Numbered from the whole stretch's first letter, positions 10,796-21,512 are shown. The stretch is 63,023 nucleotides of DNA, filler included, from Reticulomyxa filosa (GCA_000512085.1; 19 parts of 19 records of this genome joined end to end with filler, not necessarily neighbours in it); one strand, 5' to 3'. Program-made: numbers and translations. The notes: generated by a model from the sequence alone, not told the origin.

Positions 10796-13159
10796 GATGA
10801 CGACGATGACGACGATGATGATAATGACGACGAAAATATTGATGAAAGTGAGGATGGGGAAGAGCAAGTTGGAAATCATATCATTGTGAAAATAGATAAA
10901 AATCCAAAGATAAAGAAACTGACGGATAAGGAGATGATGGAGTGGCTCGATTTTGACACGAATTATATGGAGCCTTCGACGAGCGACAAAATCTATGTGC
11001 AATTCGAAAGGAGCATCGGACAGAAATACTTAACTTGGTCATTGCGACAGTCGATATTTGAACTGCTCCCTCCAGAGTTTCGAATCCAAAAGCATCAGAG
11101 TTCGATATTGAGCGAAATCAAACCGGGACGAGATTTGTATTTCTACATGTTTGTTGTGGAGTTGCTGCAAGTGTTTTATTTGCTGTTTTTATACAATTTT
11201 ATGGCCGAACCAAGTGGTAATGCTTCCTTCAACACGTCCAGATTCAGTGGCGATATGGTCTTGTGGCTGTTCATTCAAGTGCTATTCTTGGTGTTTGACC
11301 GTGTTGTCTATTTGATTCGAAGCATCCCTGGCAAATTGATATTACAAATCGTCAGTGTCATTGTATATCATTGGCAAGTCTTTATCGTTTGGCCACGCCA
11401 AAAAAACCAACTTTTCACGGATGTCCCTGCTTTGGTGGTCTTCTATCTGCTCAAAATCGTCTACTGGATTTTGTCCGCCATTCAAATCCGATATGGATAT
11501 CCAACCTTTGATCGAACCCATTCGCGTATGGCAAAGGAACACAGCAATTTGTATTATATCTTCTTCTCCGTTTATGCCTCCATTCCTTTTATTTTGAAAT
11601 GCGAACTATTTTAGAGTGGCTCTGTCTTTCAGTTAAAGGGGGAAAAAAAGGAGAACTTGCTGTATATACTATCCACTCTTTTCTCTTGCACATTTGCAAG
11701 TACATGCATATATACTCATATTCGTATAATACATACATATAAAAGACAACGTTATTTTTCGCGGAATTATTAAAAGTAGAAGAAATATTTAGCACATTAT
11801 TTTTAACCAAGTGTGATATTTTAGCGTACAAAGATTATCGGACACGTGGTGGGCTAGCGCCATTGTTCCCAGATAAATGTCTCCAAGGCGGTTGTGTGTT
11901 TGTCGTTATACTTTTGTTTTTGATTTTGCCATTGTTATTGTTTAGTACTGCCAGTCCAGCAACTCAAAAGAATAGCGTCGATGAAGCGAGTGTTACCATT
12001 AACTTGCTCAAGTTTATATATACATATATATGTATATATGTATATAATTTTTTTTTTTGTAAAAAAAGAAAAAAATAAACTTATTAAAAAAAATAAAATT
12101 GGAAACAGTGTCCCTCAATTTGGTGATTTAAATTTGTTAACATTGAGCAATTATGAATTTCCAACAGGCGTTGGATTACCAGACACATTGCGCCCTTCGT
12201 TTTCGTCGAATTCGCAAATATTTCAAAACGTAACCTTTCAGGAAGATGGTGATTCGATATGGACGATCCCTTCGCCTATCCGCGAAAATGTTGCCAGGGT
12301 GCTATTAAACACATCTTTGCAGGACACTTTGTCCACTCAAATTGTGCTGAATTACGTGTTTACAAGACAAGGCCCGACATCCAACAATCCAATCGAATCA
12401 TCACAGCAATTGGCACCATTCTTGACTGGTGCCGAGGCAAGGGATTTGGGTGAAGTGTTGATTGGAAAAAAGTCCAGTTGGGCCGCACCGAAACCTCTTG
12501 CCGTTTGGTTATCTTTGCCGGCAAGTGGATCTATTTCCATATTTTCCAGTTCACGAAAATATAATGTCACACTGGAATTGCTACCGGACATCGATATTAT
12601 CACAAATAGCTCTGGCAATGATTACTATTGGAGTGTTACCATGTCCGTGCCTGTTGATGTTGGGGATAAGGATTCTTCATACTATAATGCCCCGTTATCG
12701 TTCTTATTAGTGTCAGACAACTTTGTGTCCTCTTCCATATTAAGTGGTTTGGGAATTTCTTCATATTCCGTCGTTGGTTTTTACGTCATCGTTGTTTATT
12801 CATTTTCTCAGTTATTGCGACTGTTATACAGCGATAAAATGAAAAATATCATTTTCACGGATTTACAAAACGTCGATTATTTACTGCGATTGGTCAGTGC
12901 TGTTAAACTGGCCAGAAAACAAAGAAACTTCTTTGTGGAAGAATTGCTTTATCGAAGATTAATCCGAATCTACAGAGATCCTTCTTTGCTTATTACCTTG
13001 ACAAGGAGATTGAGCGAAGAGGAACAATCTTCCCTAGCATTAGATGGCTATACCGATACGAGTGAAGATGATCCTAACCGCCTCGGATATTTGTTGAAAG
13101 ATCGAGCTCCCAAATATGACAAGCCAATTGATGATGACCATTTACCAAAAAAACAATAG
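10796..13159 (+). CDS. PIEZO: Piezo-family mechanosensitive channel, C-terminal part (multi-exon, 5' truncated by contig start)
   Basis: Motifs PGRDLYFYMF, FLVFDRVVYL, SAIQIRYGYP, LILPLLLFST, inner helix VVGFYVIVVY and C-terminus EELLYRRLIRIYRDPSLLITLT. Adding one T to the run near 11592 restores IPFIFEMRTILEW. Confidence 0.93.
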
Positions 13160-13522
13160 CTGACAATAAATCCCAAAAAAATGTGAAAGCGTTTTTTTTA
13201 TATTGCTGTTTGAAAGAATATTTTGTGATTGGTTTGCAAGAAAAAGTGTACATTGTGGATTAATTCTTTTTGGAAATATCACGCTTCGACACCATTGTCA
13301 TTATTATTTTCCTTTTTTTTTCCTCCCATTATTATTTTTTTAATAGAAAAATCTTACTGAAACCAAATAACAAATGTTTTTTCAAAAAAGCAATGTTTTT
13401 GAATTAATACGGTCTTTACATTTTAATTATTGTATTGCACATCTAATGACACTGCACAAACATCTTTCATTTTTGTTTGGCACAGTTTAAACGTTATTCA
13501 ATAAAAGAAATGTTTATAAAGA

Positions 13523-15109
13523 TCAACCTTTGTTTAACCACATTTGAATGTATTCAATTTCTTCCTTTCGTGCAAGGACGACAGAAATAGGATCGCTTGG
13601 ATTGCTCCATCTCAAGTCCAAGTGATGTGCTGCGTCTTCAATCAAAATCACTGGCATATCATATGACAGATTGTTGCTAAGAAATCCTCCAGCACTCCAA
13701 GGATCAATCATTCCAGTGCTGAAAATGATTTTGTCAATCCCAGTCTCAACAATATCTTGGGGTTCCCAAATTCTCATCCATTGTATTTCCTCTTCCAAAT
13801 TCAAATTTGCTCCATACTTTTCAGCACAATATGAGGTCATATTGGCAATATCCCACAATGAAGGAGGAAACATATCTGTAATATTGTTGGTAATAGCATT
13901 GATGACCACTTGAGTGCATTGTTGATAATTCCATACTTGCGCAGAAACACCCGTTCCGCACCATATATGATCACTGCAAAATGGAAAGTCTTTGGTTGTG
14001 TTGAAGCAGTGGCTTTGTGTGTCCCATGGATAGTTACTGTTATTGAAATAATAATAATTAGTCAAATTGGCCAAGGCGTAAATAGATGCAAGATCAGAGT
14101 CACTACTTTCCCAAAAAGCGTTCAACATAACAGTGCAACCATATTCCAATGGCCAGGAAGGTAATGATCCTTTTTTGATCAAAATAGAAAAAAACAAACA
14201 AAAGAAAAAAAGATGAGTTAGATTTGGAGTCATCAGACTCAATCAAAAGATAGATGCACATAAATACAATCAAAAACCGATGGCATAAGGATAGTTGCTG
14301 ATTGCCAAATTTCCAAAGGCATTTTTAATCCACAAATAAAACCATTCAATATCCTCGTCCTCTGTCAACATTTCCTCACATAGACCAAACAAATTTGTGA
14401 CTAATTCAAATTGTTTCCATTGGTATAGCAATTGATTCAAACTGCTAAAAGCACTTCTCACAATATCGACACACTGCCCATTATAGCTTTGAAATACCTC
14501 AGTAATGATTCGATAGTATGAATTGTCATTGACCAGACCAAGTAACAAATACCAAGGCGCACTTGAGGCCAATGCCATGTCCACGATCCAAGGATAGTGA
14601 ATCCGACATAATGCCGATAGTACGCCTCCATAACTCCCTCCAAATGCAACAGTTTGCACATAAGAAGAAGGAGAAACGAATTTATATAACCCTGAAATGT
14701 TACTTTGCAAAGACGACAGTAACAGCGCATAATCTGCAATTGTTTGTTCAATTGTCAAAAACTCAAAACTGTTGGCTGTAGGCACACTTGCACCATAATA
14801 TCGATGTTCACCAAACACAACAAGTGCACCAAATTGTGGAGCCATCTCAAACATCAATCCTGTTGCATTCCAAAATTCTTCAATCGGCCCTTCGTTCCCT
14901 GCATAAAAAAATATCGGTCCGGTTTTACTTTCATTCACAATCCAGTATTTGTCATACACTAAGTACTTTTGCTGGAATGTTTGGTTACTCTGCGGATTAA
15001 AATGATCCACTTTTTGTGTAAACCAGCGGATCTGTGGTTGTGGAGATTGTGCATCAATCGATAGCAATAGCAAGTATACAACGAAAAGTCTTATTCCAGA
15101 CAGTTCCAT
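13523..15109 (-). CDS. Serine carboxypeptidase family S28 (PRCP/DPP2-like), 2 exons
   Basis: Signal peptide from MELSGIRL. Motifs WFTQKVDHF, PIFFYAGNEG and EHRYYG. Catalytic triad in GGSYGG, DPWS and AAHHLDLR. Confidence 0.93.
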
Positions 15110-15482
15110 GGTTCGAAGGGGGGAAAAAAGAACGTGCGTTCGTCGCCAAGGTTTTGACAAAATTAAGCCAGTACGAAATATTTCATTTAGTTTCGAAAAT
15201 AAGATTATTGAAAAATAAAGTAAGGAGAGGTACCAGATTCACTCAAGTACAAAATTCTTGACCAAGAGGGACAACAAAAAGTTGAAACTATATGCCAATA
15301 AATAGAAGCCACAAGGCTTTGGTCGGAGAAAAAAAAAATCCACAAACAAAAGAAATCACACCAAAAAAAAATTGAATGAACATATGCAACACATAAGCGG
15401 AGTTGATGACCAAAAAAAAAAAAAAGATGAAAGAATCAGCTTTGTGAATAATAGTGTCGGTAAAAAAAAATCATAGAAAATT

Positions 15483-17160
15483 TTAAGGTAAGTAGTGATA
15501 AATTTTTCTGTCGTGGTCATCTCTTTTTAAGTACTCTCTTTCAATTAAACTGGCGATTCTTTGTTTAATAAACTGTGGATTGGGATTAAATTTGGCTTGA
15601 ATTTGATGAACCACTTCGGTGACCAATTGGTTATGTTCTAATGTTTTTCGAGCTTTCATGACACGAATGATGGCTGCTTCGACACGATTTTTGCGCGATT
15701 CCAATAAATGTTTGGGCATTTCGTCCGTATTCGTGGTGGATGGCTTGTTGATTTCCAATACCCCAACGACAATGCGAACTCTTTGATTTTTAAAGCCCTT
15801 GTTGAGCATAAATTTATCCGTGTCGTTTAATTCCCTGCGAGAGGGTTTTTTCAACACGAGTTTCATTTTTGGATGAACCAATCCAAGGACATGTTTTTCT
15901 AGTGCGTCTTGATCAATTCCGGTGAGTGTTTTCATTTGTTTCCATGTGAGTATTTCATGTTGATTGAACAACATTAACACACACATCTATGTCAATGTTA
16001 TATCAAATCCCAATATAACATAGTGACAAAACAATAACAAAAAAAAAACTGCATCACTCATTTTTGTTTTTTCTTTCATTTTTCCTTTTGTTAATACACA
16101 TTGAATATGTTGTTTACAGCCCAAACTTGATATGTATGGACAACCAACTCTTTGCGTCCACCATCGAAATCTACGGAGAGTTCTGCTGTGCCCTTTGTTT
16201 TTTAAAGAATATGTATATATATAATGCATATGTGCACATATATATATATAATAAATAACAAACTTTGGAGGTATCAAACATCAGTTTTCTTCCACTATGG
16301 CTTTCACAATAAAACTGAATGAATCGATCGCACTGCTTCTGCACTTCGGTTGGCAATCGGATGGCTTGTTTGGATGGGAATTGCCAAAAGCTTTTTTGGA
16401 GAGTACAAAGTGTAAATCAAACGAACTGTGTCTAAATGTCAACCGCCGCTGTCCACTGCATGGGATACTTATACACAAAACATAAGCAAAATACAAAGTA
16501 GAAACTAACCCGGTGGTCAACACTTTCGCATCCAATTCCACTATTATCTCATCGTCAAATCTCTTGGCATATTGTTGCCACCGTTCTGTCAATGTGCGTG
16601 ATTGTTCAATGTCTTTAAACATTCCTTCTAATCGTGACGTGTACTGATGTCCACATTCTGTCTGTGTGTTTAATGTTCTACTCGTTTATTGAACCCAGTC
16701 GGAAAAATGAATGAATAATATATGTATATGTATATGTATGTATATATCGTATATTATTTATAATTTATAAATTCAAACTTTTAATTTTCCAATCATGGCT
16801 TTTTCATGAAATTCGGAACTTCCTTTTCCATGCAATAATCGTTGTGCTAGATGCTGTTTGTAGTAGTCTTCAAAAATTCTTTGTCTTTCAGAAATTTGAA
16901 GATGATGATAATGTCATCCAGCTTTTGCATAATTTCCGAATCTTGCATTTTGAGCGAGTTTTTGCGCAGCAGTGTATCGCTGTACAAAGACAAAAACTGC
17001 GCTGCGCGGGTGTCTAAATTTATGAAATATTCAAATGCCTCTTTCAGTGCCCTTTGGAAGTGTTTGTCGCCATTGAATGACTGGTCAACAATTTCCTGAA
17101 AGTTTTCGCGCAACAGCAGCACTTCCGCTACAAATTTGTCGGGATTCTTTTGGTGTGTTC
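15483..17160 (-). CDS. Cullin (CUL3-like), C-terminal part, multi-exon
   Basis: AAQFLSLYSDTLLRK, YKQHLAQRLL, MFKDIEQS, HSGRKL and the neddylation domain RVEAAIIRVMKARKTLEHNQLVTEV...IASLIEREYLKRD. One-base indel near 16880. Confidence 0.92.
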
Positions 17161-17299
17161 ATTGTGTTATTGTTATCATNNNNNNNNNNNNNNNNNNNNN
17201 NNNNNNNNNNNNNNNNNNNNNNNTTAATTAATTAANNNNNNNNNNNNNNNNNNNNNNNNNNNNNNNNNNNNNNNNNNNNAACTTCGGGAAATGGTATAA

Positions 17300-18484
17300 C
17301 TACCTATTGGTAAAGACTCTCCATAATTTTACCACATCTCCACCTACTCGTTTAGTAGTATAAAATTTCACATATGGTTTATTGGTATAAGGATCTCTTA
17401 ATATTCTTATCCCCTGCCGATCTACCACATGATAAGCTTTTTTAAAATCTGCATAGGCGATAACGAGGCTATTTTCGCTGGTATTCGGCATATCGGCAGA
17501 TTGGATCACTTCAGCGCCAAGTATAGTATCCGGCACATTTGCTTCCAGACCTGGTTGCCAAAGATATTTACCGCTAATAGCATCCTTTAGCATTCTTACC
17601 GCTTGAATTGCATCTCTACTCATCAAAAATTTTGCTTTTACGGAGAAAATTTCCTTAAGACTGAAGAACAACTTTATCAAACCTTCAGCGGTAATTTTGC
17701 CTGTACTACCTGAATGAATTTGCTCGATCTTCCCCCACTCTTTACCTTCTTCATAAGTTAGTATCCCCCTTGGCTTACCAGCACCGTCACCATGTATAAA
17801 TGCAGCATTTTCTTTGCGCGCAAACACATCTACTAACTTTTGCGAAACCCATACTTCAATATCTATTCGCGGATCATCGATCAGTTTTTGTGTAGCTTTT
17901 GGTTAAGCATAAAGTTCATGTACTGAGATTACTTTTTTTAGTCAGTTGCACAGCTTGGCCATCGTTAAAATCCTTCACTTCTTGCGTCCAACCTGAAAAT
18001 ACATCCATCCTATCTTCGATAAGCTCAAGCGCATCCGTGGAATTTCTGTAACTGTTGAATGCTTCCTAAGCGGAGATAGTTCGGTTAAGTCATACGAGAT
18101 TTGCATACCCATACGGCTAGTAATCAAATAACCGCTTTCACTATCGACTAAAGCGCTTATACCTTTGCTTTCATAATTTAAGAGTTCGCTAACATTTCCT
18201 TTGCGAATATAATTTATGAATGCATTTTTATGTTCAATATCCGTGGTACTTTCATAAGCAGGGTTACTTTCGCACTTCGGGAGATTTAGCGCTGTTTCTA
18301 TATTCTGCAGGCTTTGTCGATAAGTATCGATGTTGAGATTAAGTTTTTTAAGCTGCTCCTCTGTTAAAGGATCTGGCAAACCTTTCTTCTCAATTTCTTT
18401 AAGTCGTCTCTCGTTGACAACTTTGAACTGTTCCCAATTTGCGGCCAGCTCGTTTATCTTATCAGTCATTTCAGTAATGCTCAT
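17300..18484 (-). pseudogene. HK97-family major capsid protein, GTA-like, disrupted
   Basis: Joined translation reads ...SPLRKHSTVTEI/TDALELIED...GWTQE...VHELYA*PKATQKLIDDPRIDIEVWVSQKLVDVFARKENAAFIHGDGAGKPRGIL...LRDPYTNKPYVKFYTTKRVGGDVV. Two frameshifts (about 18040 and 17935) and an in-frame TAA at 17903-17905. SD-like AAGGA lies upstream of the ATG. Confidence 0.9.
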
Positions 18485-18528
18485 ATTTTTCCTTTTATTA
18501 ATGTTGCTATTGATTGAATTGTTGTTGA

Positions 18529-18549
18529 TTCACTGATTGCTTCAGTGAA
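18529..18549. promoter_or_regulatory. 8-bp inverted repeat in the divergent capsid/tRNA intergenic region
   Basis: TTCACTGA-ttgct-TCAGTGAA, a possible operator or 5'-leader hairpin. Confidence 0.35.
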
Positions 18550-18554
18550 ATTCC

Positions 18555-18583
18555 TTGAAAATCTTTGTTGGTTAAGTTATAGG
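18555..18583 (+). promoter_or_regulatory. Putative sigma70 promoter of tRNA-Val
   Basis: TTGAAA-N17-TATAGG ending 13 nt before the tRNA. A -10 box lacking the final T is common in Alphaproteobacteria. Confidence 0.5.
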
Positions 18584-18596
18584 TAATGGAGTTTTC

Positions 18597-18673
18597 GGGC
18601 GGTTAGCTCAGATGGTTAGAGCGCTACGTTGACATCGTAGAGGTCGTTAGTTCGATTCTAATACCGCCCACCA
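18597..18673 (+). tRNA. trnV: tRNA-Val(GAC), bacterial type with encoded CCA
   Basis: Acceptor stem GGGCGGT/ACCGCCC, D arm AGCTCAGATGGTTAGAGC, anticodon arm CTACG-TT-GAC-AT-CGTAG, T loop GTTCGAT, 3' ACCA; 77 nt. Confidence 0.96.
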
Positions 18674-18701
18674 GTAAATTCAGAAGTTTAGAAAATCTAT
18701 A

Positions 18702-18917
18702 TTACAGAAGCCATTTAAAAAAGGCGATTATGGTTATAACAGCACCAAAACCCGGAATAAAAATAGATAATGCTATCCCTAATAGATCATGTGCCATATA
18801 AGAAACAACCACCCCTAATAACCCGCCGAATACCCATATAGTAGCAAGTAATTGCTTAAAACTCCGAACTAGAGTGTTTTTAATTTGACTAAATATATCT
18901 TCTTTTTGTTCGCTCAT
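18702..18917 (-). CDS. Small bacterial membrane protein (2 TM segments)
   Basis: MSEQKEDIF... followed by two hydrophobic helices (LLATIWVFGGLLGVVVSYMA; LLGIALSIFIPGFGAVITIIAFF). Confidence 0.6.
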   Translation of the reverse strand: MSEQKEDIFSQIKNTLVRSFKQLLATIWVFGGLLGVVVSYMAHDLLGIALSIFIPGFGAVITIIAFFKWLL

Positions 18918-18989
18918 AATATTACCTACATTAATTTGAAAAATAATCAGCATTGAATGCTTATCCAGTTATTGAGCATTAAATGAAAC

Positions 18990-19025
18990 GGGATTGCTAA
19001 CATTTATATACATGTTAGCAATCCC
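18990..19025. repeat. 36-bp palindromic element (14-bp perfect arms), copy 1
   Basis: GGGATTGCTAACAT-ttatatac-ATGTTAGCAATCCC abuts the protease stop codon. Its first 23 nt recur at 21390-21412. Confidence 0.85.
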
Positions 19026-19553
19026 TTAAATATTAATGATCTCTTTATTGATCGCTAAAGTATTCAATGCCCTCTTTATACTGCTTAATAGTTTTAAATA
19101 TTTATGATTCAACTTCACATCTTCAATCATCGCTTGGCGATTTGCTGGAAATGTGACGACGCTGATCTCAATCAATTTTATTTTTTTAATGTAACGAATT
19201 GTTCCATCATGAAAATAATCTTCAATTAAATAGTCTGTGCTTAAGCCTTTAATCACCCCTGCAGCTATCAACGCATAAGCCGCTCGCTTTAATTGCATTA
19301 TAAATTTTTTTATATATAATCCAATTAAATCTTCTTTAAATTTAGTAATATAACCGATTGGTTCCTTTTGATCATGTTGCCAAAGCAAAACTAAATGCGA
19401 TTGACTGCGAATAGTTTCCGCAAATGCTCCTGGTAAGATTATGTCGCCTACATCATCTTGATTATTAAATGTACAAGCGTAGCCAAAAAATTCACCATTG
19501 GTTTCAAGGCTTTTGTATTGCAGTAAATCAATTTTCATATAATTATGTAACAT
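19026..19553 (-). CDS. HK97-family prohead protease (peptidase S78), GTA-like, possibly degenerate
   Basis: GEFFGYACTFNNQDDVGDIILPGAF, LLWQHDQKEPIG, GLS and LIEISVVTFPAN. The usual GLSIGY reads GLSTDY, and the preceding segment looks shortened. Confidence 0.9.
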   Translation of the reverse strand: MLHNYMKIDLLQYKSLETNGEFFGYACTFNNQDDVGDIILPGAFAETIRSQSHLVLLWQHDQKEPIGYITKFKEDLIGLYIKKFIMQLKRAAYALIAAGVIKGLSTDYLIEDYFHDGTIRYIKKIKLIEISVVTFPANRQAMIEDVKLNHKYLKLLSSIKRALNTLAINKEIINI

Positions 19554-19573
19554 AAATTTTCAAAATTAATTTT

Positions 19574-19900
19574 ATGTATCGTATTTTTTTCAGTTTGTTT
19601 TTAGTGTTCAGTATTAATGTTCAAGCAAAGGAGCAACAGCCTCAAAGTGCTAAATTTCCACAATGGGATTTTGCAACAGCAGGTGGCGGGCAACCAGCAA
19701 ATGAACTGTATACCAATGATGGCACACGGATTTGGGTGCATGGTTGTAAAGGAGTATCCATGGTTACTATCAATGGTGAGCCCGCTCCTGCTGGTGATTA
19801 TGAAATTAAAAATCCATCTATAACGATTAAAATCGAACAAGGTGGTAAACTTCTAACTCCATTAACCTCGGATAATCAGAGAATTTTTTGCATAAATTAA
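19574..19900 (+). CDS. Secreted hypothetical protein
   Basis: Sec signal peptide MYRIFFSLFLVFSINVQA with an intact 108-aa ORF. It lies 20 nt upstream of the EVE gene, so the two may be co-transcribed. Confidence 0.65.
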   Translation: MYRIFFSLFLVFSINVQAKEQQPQSAKFPQWDFATAGGGQPANELYTNDGTRIWVHGCKGVSMVTINGEPAPAGDYEIKNPSITIKIEQGGKLLTPLTSDNQRIFCIN

Positions 19901-19920
19901 TTTTATAAAGTGGTATTGAT

Positions 19921-20325
19921 ATGAATTACTGGCTTTTAAAATCTGAACCTGAAGAATATTCTTTTGCAATGATGCAAAGAGATAATTCGGTGAGATGGGA
20001 TGGAGTTGGCAATTACCAAGCAAGAAATAATATGCAAAAAATGCAAGCAGGTGATTTGGCTTTTTTCTATCACTCTGGAAGCGAAAAAGCAATTCAAGGC
20101 ATAGTGATAGTTACTAAAACTGCCTATCCCGATCCCACTGATTCAACGCAAAAATTCGTCTCTGTTGATGTTAAGTTTCAAAAGTCTTTAGCGAAACCTA
20201 TTTCGCTCTCCACTATAAAATCAGATTCTAAACTCCAGCATTTACTATTAATAAAAAATTCAAGGCTCTCCGTTATGCCGATAGATAAAAAAGCGTGGGA
20301 ACATATCATCAACCTTGCTAGTTAG
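19921..20325 (+). CDS. EVE domain protein
   Basis: Hallmarks YWLLKSEP, WDGVGNYQARNNMQKMQAGDLAFFYHS, AYPDPTD and SRLSVMPI. Confidence 0.95.
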   Translation: MNYWLLKSEPEEYSFAMMQRDNSVRWDGVGNYQARNNMQKMQAGDLAFFYHSGSEKAIQGIVIVTKTAYPDPTDSTQKFVSVDVKFQKSLAKPISLSTIKSDSKLQHLLLIKNSRLSVMPIDKKAWEHIINLAS

Positions 20326-20333
20326 TTTATAGT

Positions 20334-21389
20334 TCATAAGCTATCTCCTCCCTTGATGGGCGCGAGACCTACTGCCACTCTTTTCTCATTCACAGTCATA
20401 AAGTTAGAACTTTCAACTCTATCCCAGATCTTTTCTTTTCTGATTGCGAGTGCGCTGACGCTATCAGTATCATAAGTTAGAAGAAATTCATTACCAAAAA
20501 ATTGCCCTAACCAATGATTTAATCTCTCAACTGTACTCTCAACTAATGGCAAGACCGTTTGTTCCCATAAAGCAATACGCGCTTCTACTAAATTGCTAAA
20601 AGTGTTATCGCCAAGAATTCCCAATAATTGCGGGGGCATACCAAAAGCTAAAGCTATATCACGGGCTGAGCTATGTTTAGAGGCGATAAAATCCATACCC
20701 TTAGGAGTTAAACTCATCTCTTTCCATTCCAAGCCACCTTCTAAAAGCAATGGCCGACCTGCGTTATTAGCTCCAGAAAAAGTTTCATCGATCATATTTT
20801 TTATACGAGCAAATTGATCAGCGGATATATTAGCAGGTTTACCTTCAGCATTTTTTACAATGATCGCTCCACTTGGTCGCGCTCCATTTTGCAATAAAGC
20901 CTGATTCCATGCTCCAGCTTGATTATGTTGATCAATGCTGTAAGCAGCTGCTTCAATTGAAGATAAGCCATACCAATCTGATAGCGGATGAAAATTTTTG
21001 ATGTGAAGAATATTTGATCTTCCAGTTATATGATCAACTTTATAATCAATGCTCTTACTGCCAATTGTATAACAATAGCCAGCAGGAAGATAACTTTCTC
21101 CTGCGATTACCATCACTCGATCTGGCCTTAAGGCAAAAATTTCTTTTGGTAAATCATTTTTCGGACCTACTGCTAAAATATAGGCATTACCACTTATTAA
21201 CCTATAAGTGTAAATGCTTTCCAATAGTTCCTTGCCGCTATAGCTCGGATTTGGATTTTTTAATAAATCTAAAATCCTATGTTTTTTTATCAGAGTTTTA
21301 CCAGTCTTTATCATCGATATATAATTTAAATGGAACGCTCGCAGCAGAATTCGCGATCATGGTAACCGCCCTATGTGCTATCACGTTTT
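20334..21389 (-). pseudogene. HK97-family portal protein, GTA-like, frameshifted and interrupted at its 5' end
   Basis: LLKNPNP, LISGNAYI, ALRPDRV, FHPLSDWYGLSSIEAAA, WNQALLQNGARPSGA, NAGRPLLLEGGLEWKEMSLTP, ARDIALAFGMPPQLLGI, MTVNEKR. An upstream frame QNVIAHRAVTMIANSAASVPFKLY (about 21320-21389) needs a frameshift near 21310. Confidence 0.9.
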
Positions 21390-21412
21390 GGGATTGCTAA
21401 CATTTAGATACA
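21390..21412. repeat. Palindromic element / possible IS terminus, copy 2, truncated by contig end
   Basis: GGGATTGCTAACATTTAGATACA is 22/23 identical to the start of copy 1 and sits where portal coding sequence should continue. Confidence 0.8.
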
Positions 21413-21512
21413 NNNNNNNNNNNNNNNNNNNNNNNNNNNNNNNNNNNNNNNNNNNNTTAATTAATTAANNNNNNNNNNNNNNNNNNNNNNNNNNNNNNNN
21501 NNNNNNNNNNNN

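Noticed and set aside
11585-16890. Pseudogene or programmed-frameshift calls for Piezo (about 11592), cullin (about 16880) and CFAP73 (about 5490)
   Set aside because: Each is a single missing base in or near a homopolymer in an otherwise well-conserved gene. Sequencing error is the simplest explanation.
17903-17905. Alternative genetic code (TAA=Gln) in the bacterial contig
   Set aside because: It is a single instance, and neighbouring genes (membrane protein, protease, secreted protein) end in TAA normally.
18597-18673. tRNA-Val as a prophage attachment site
   Set aside because: The tRNA lies in the middle of the head module. I saw no integrase and no duplicated tRNA 3' end on the contig.
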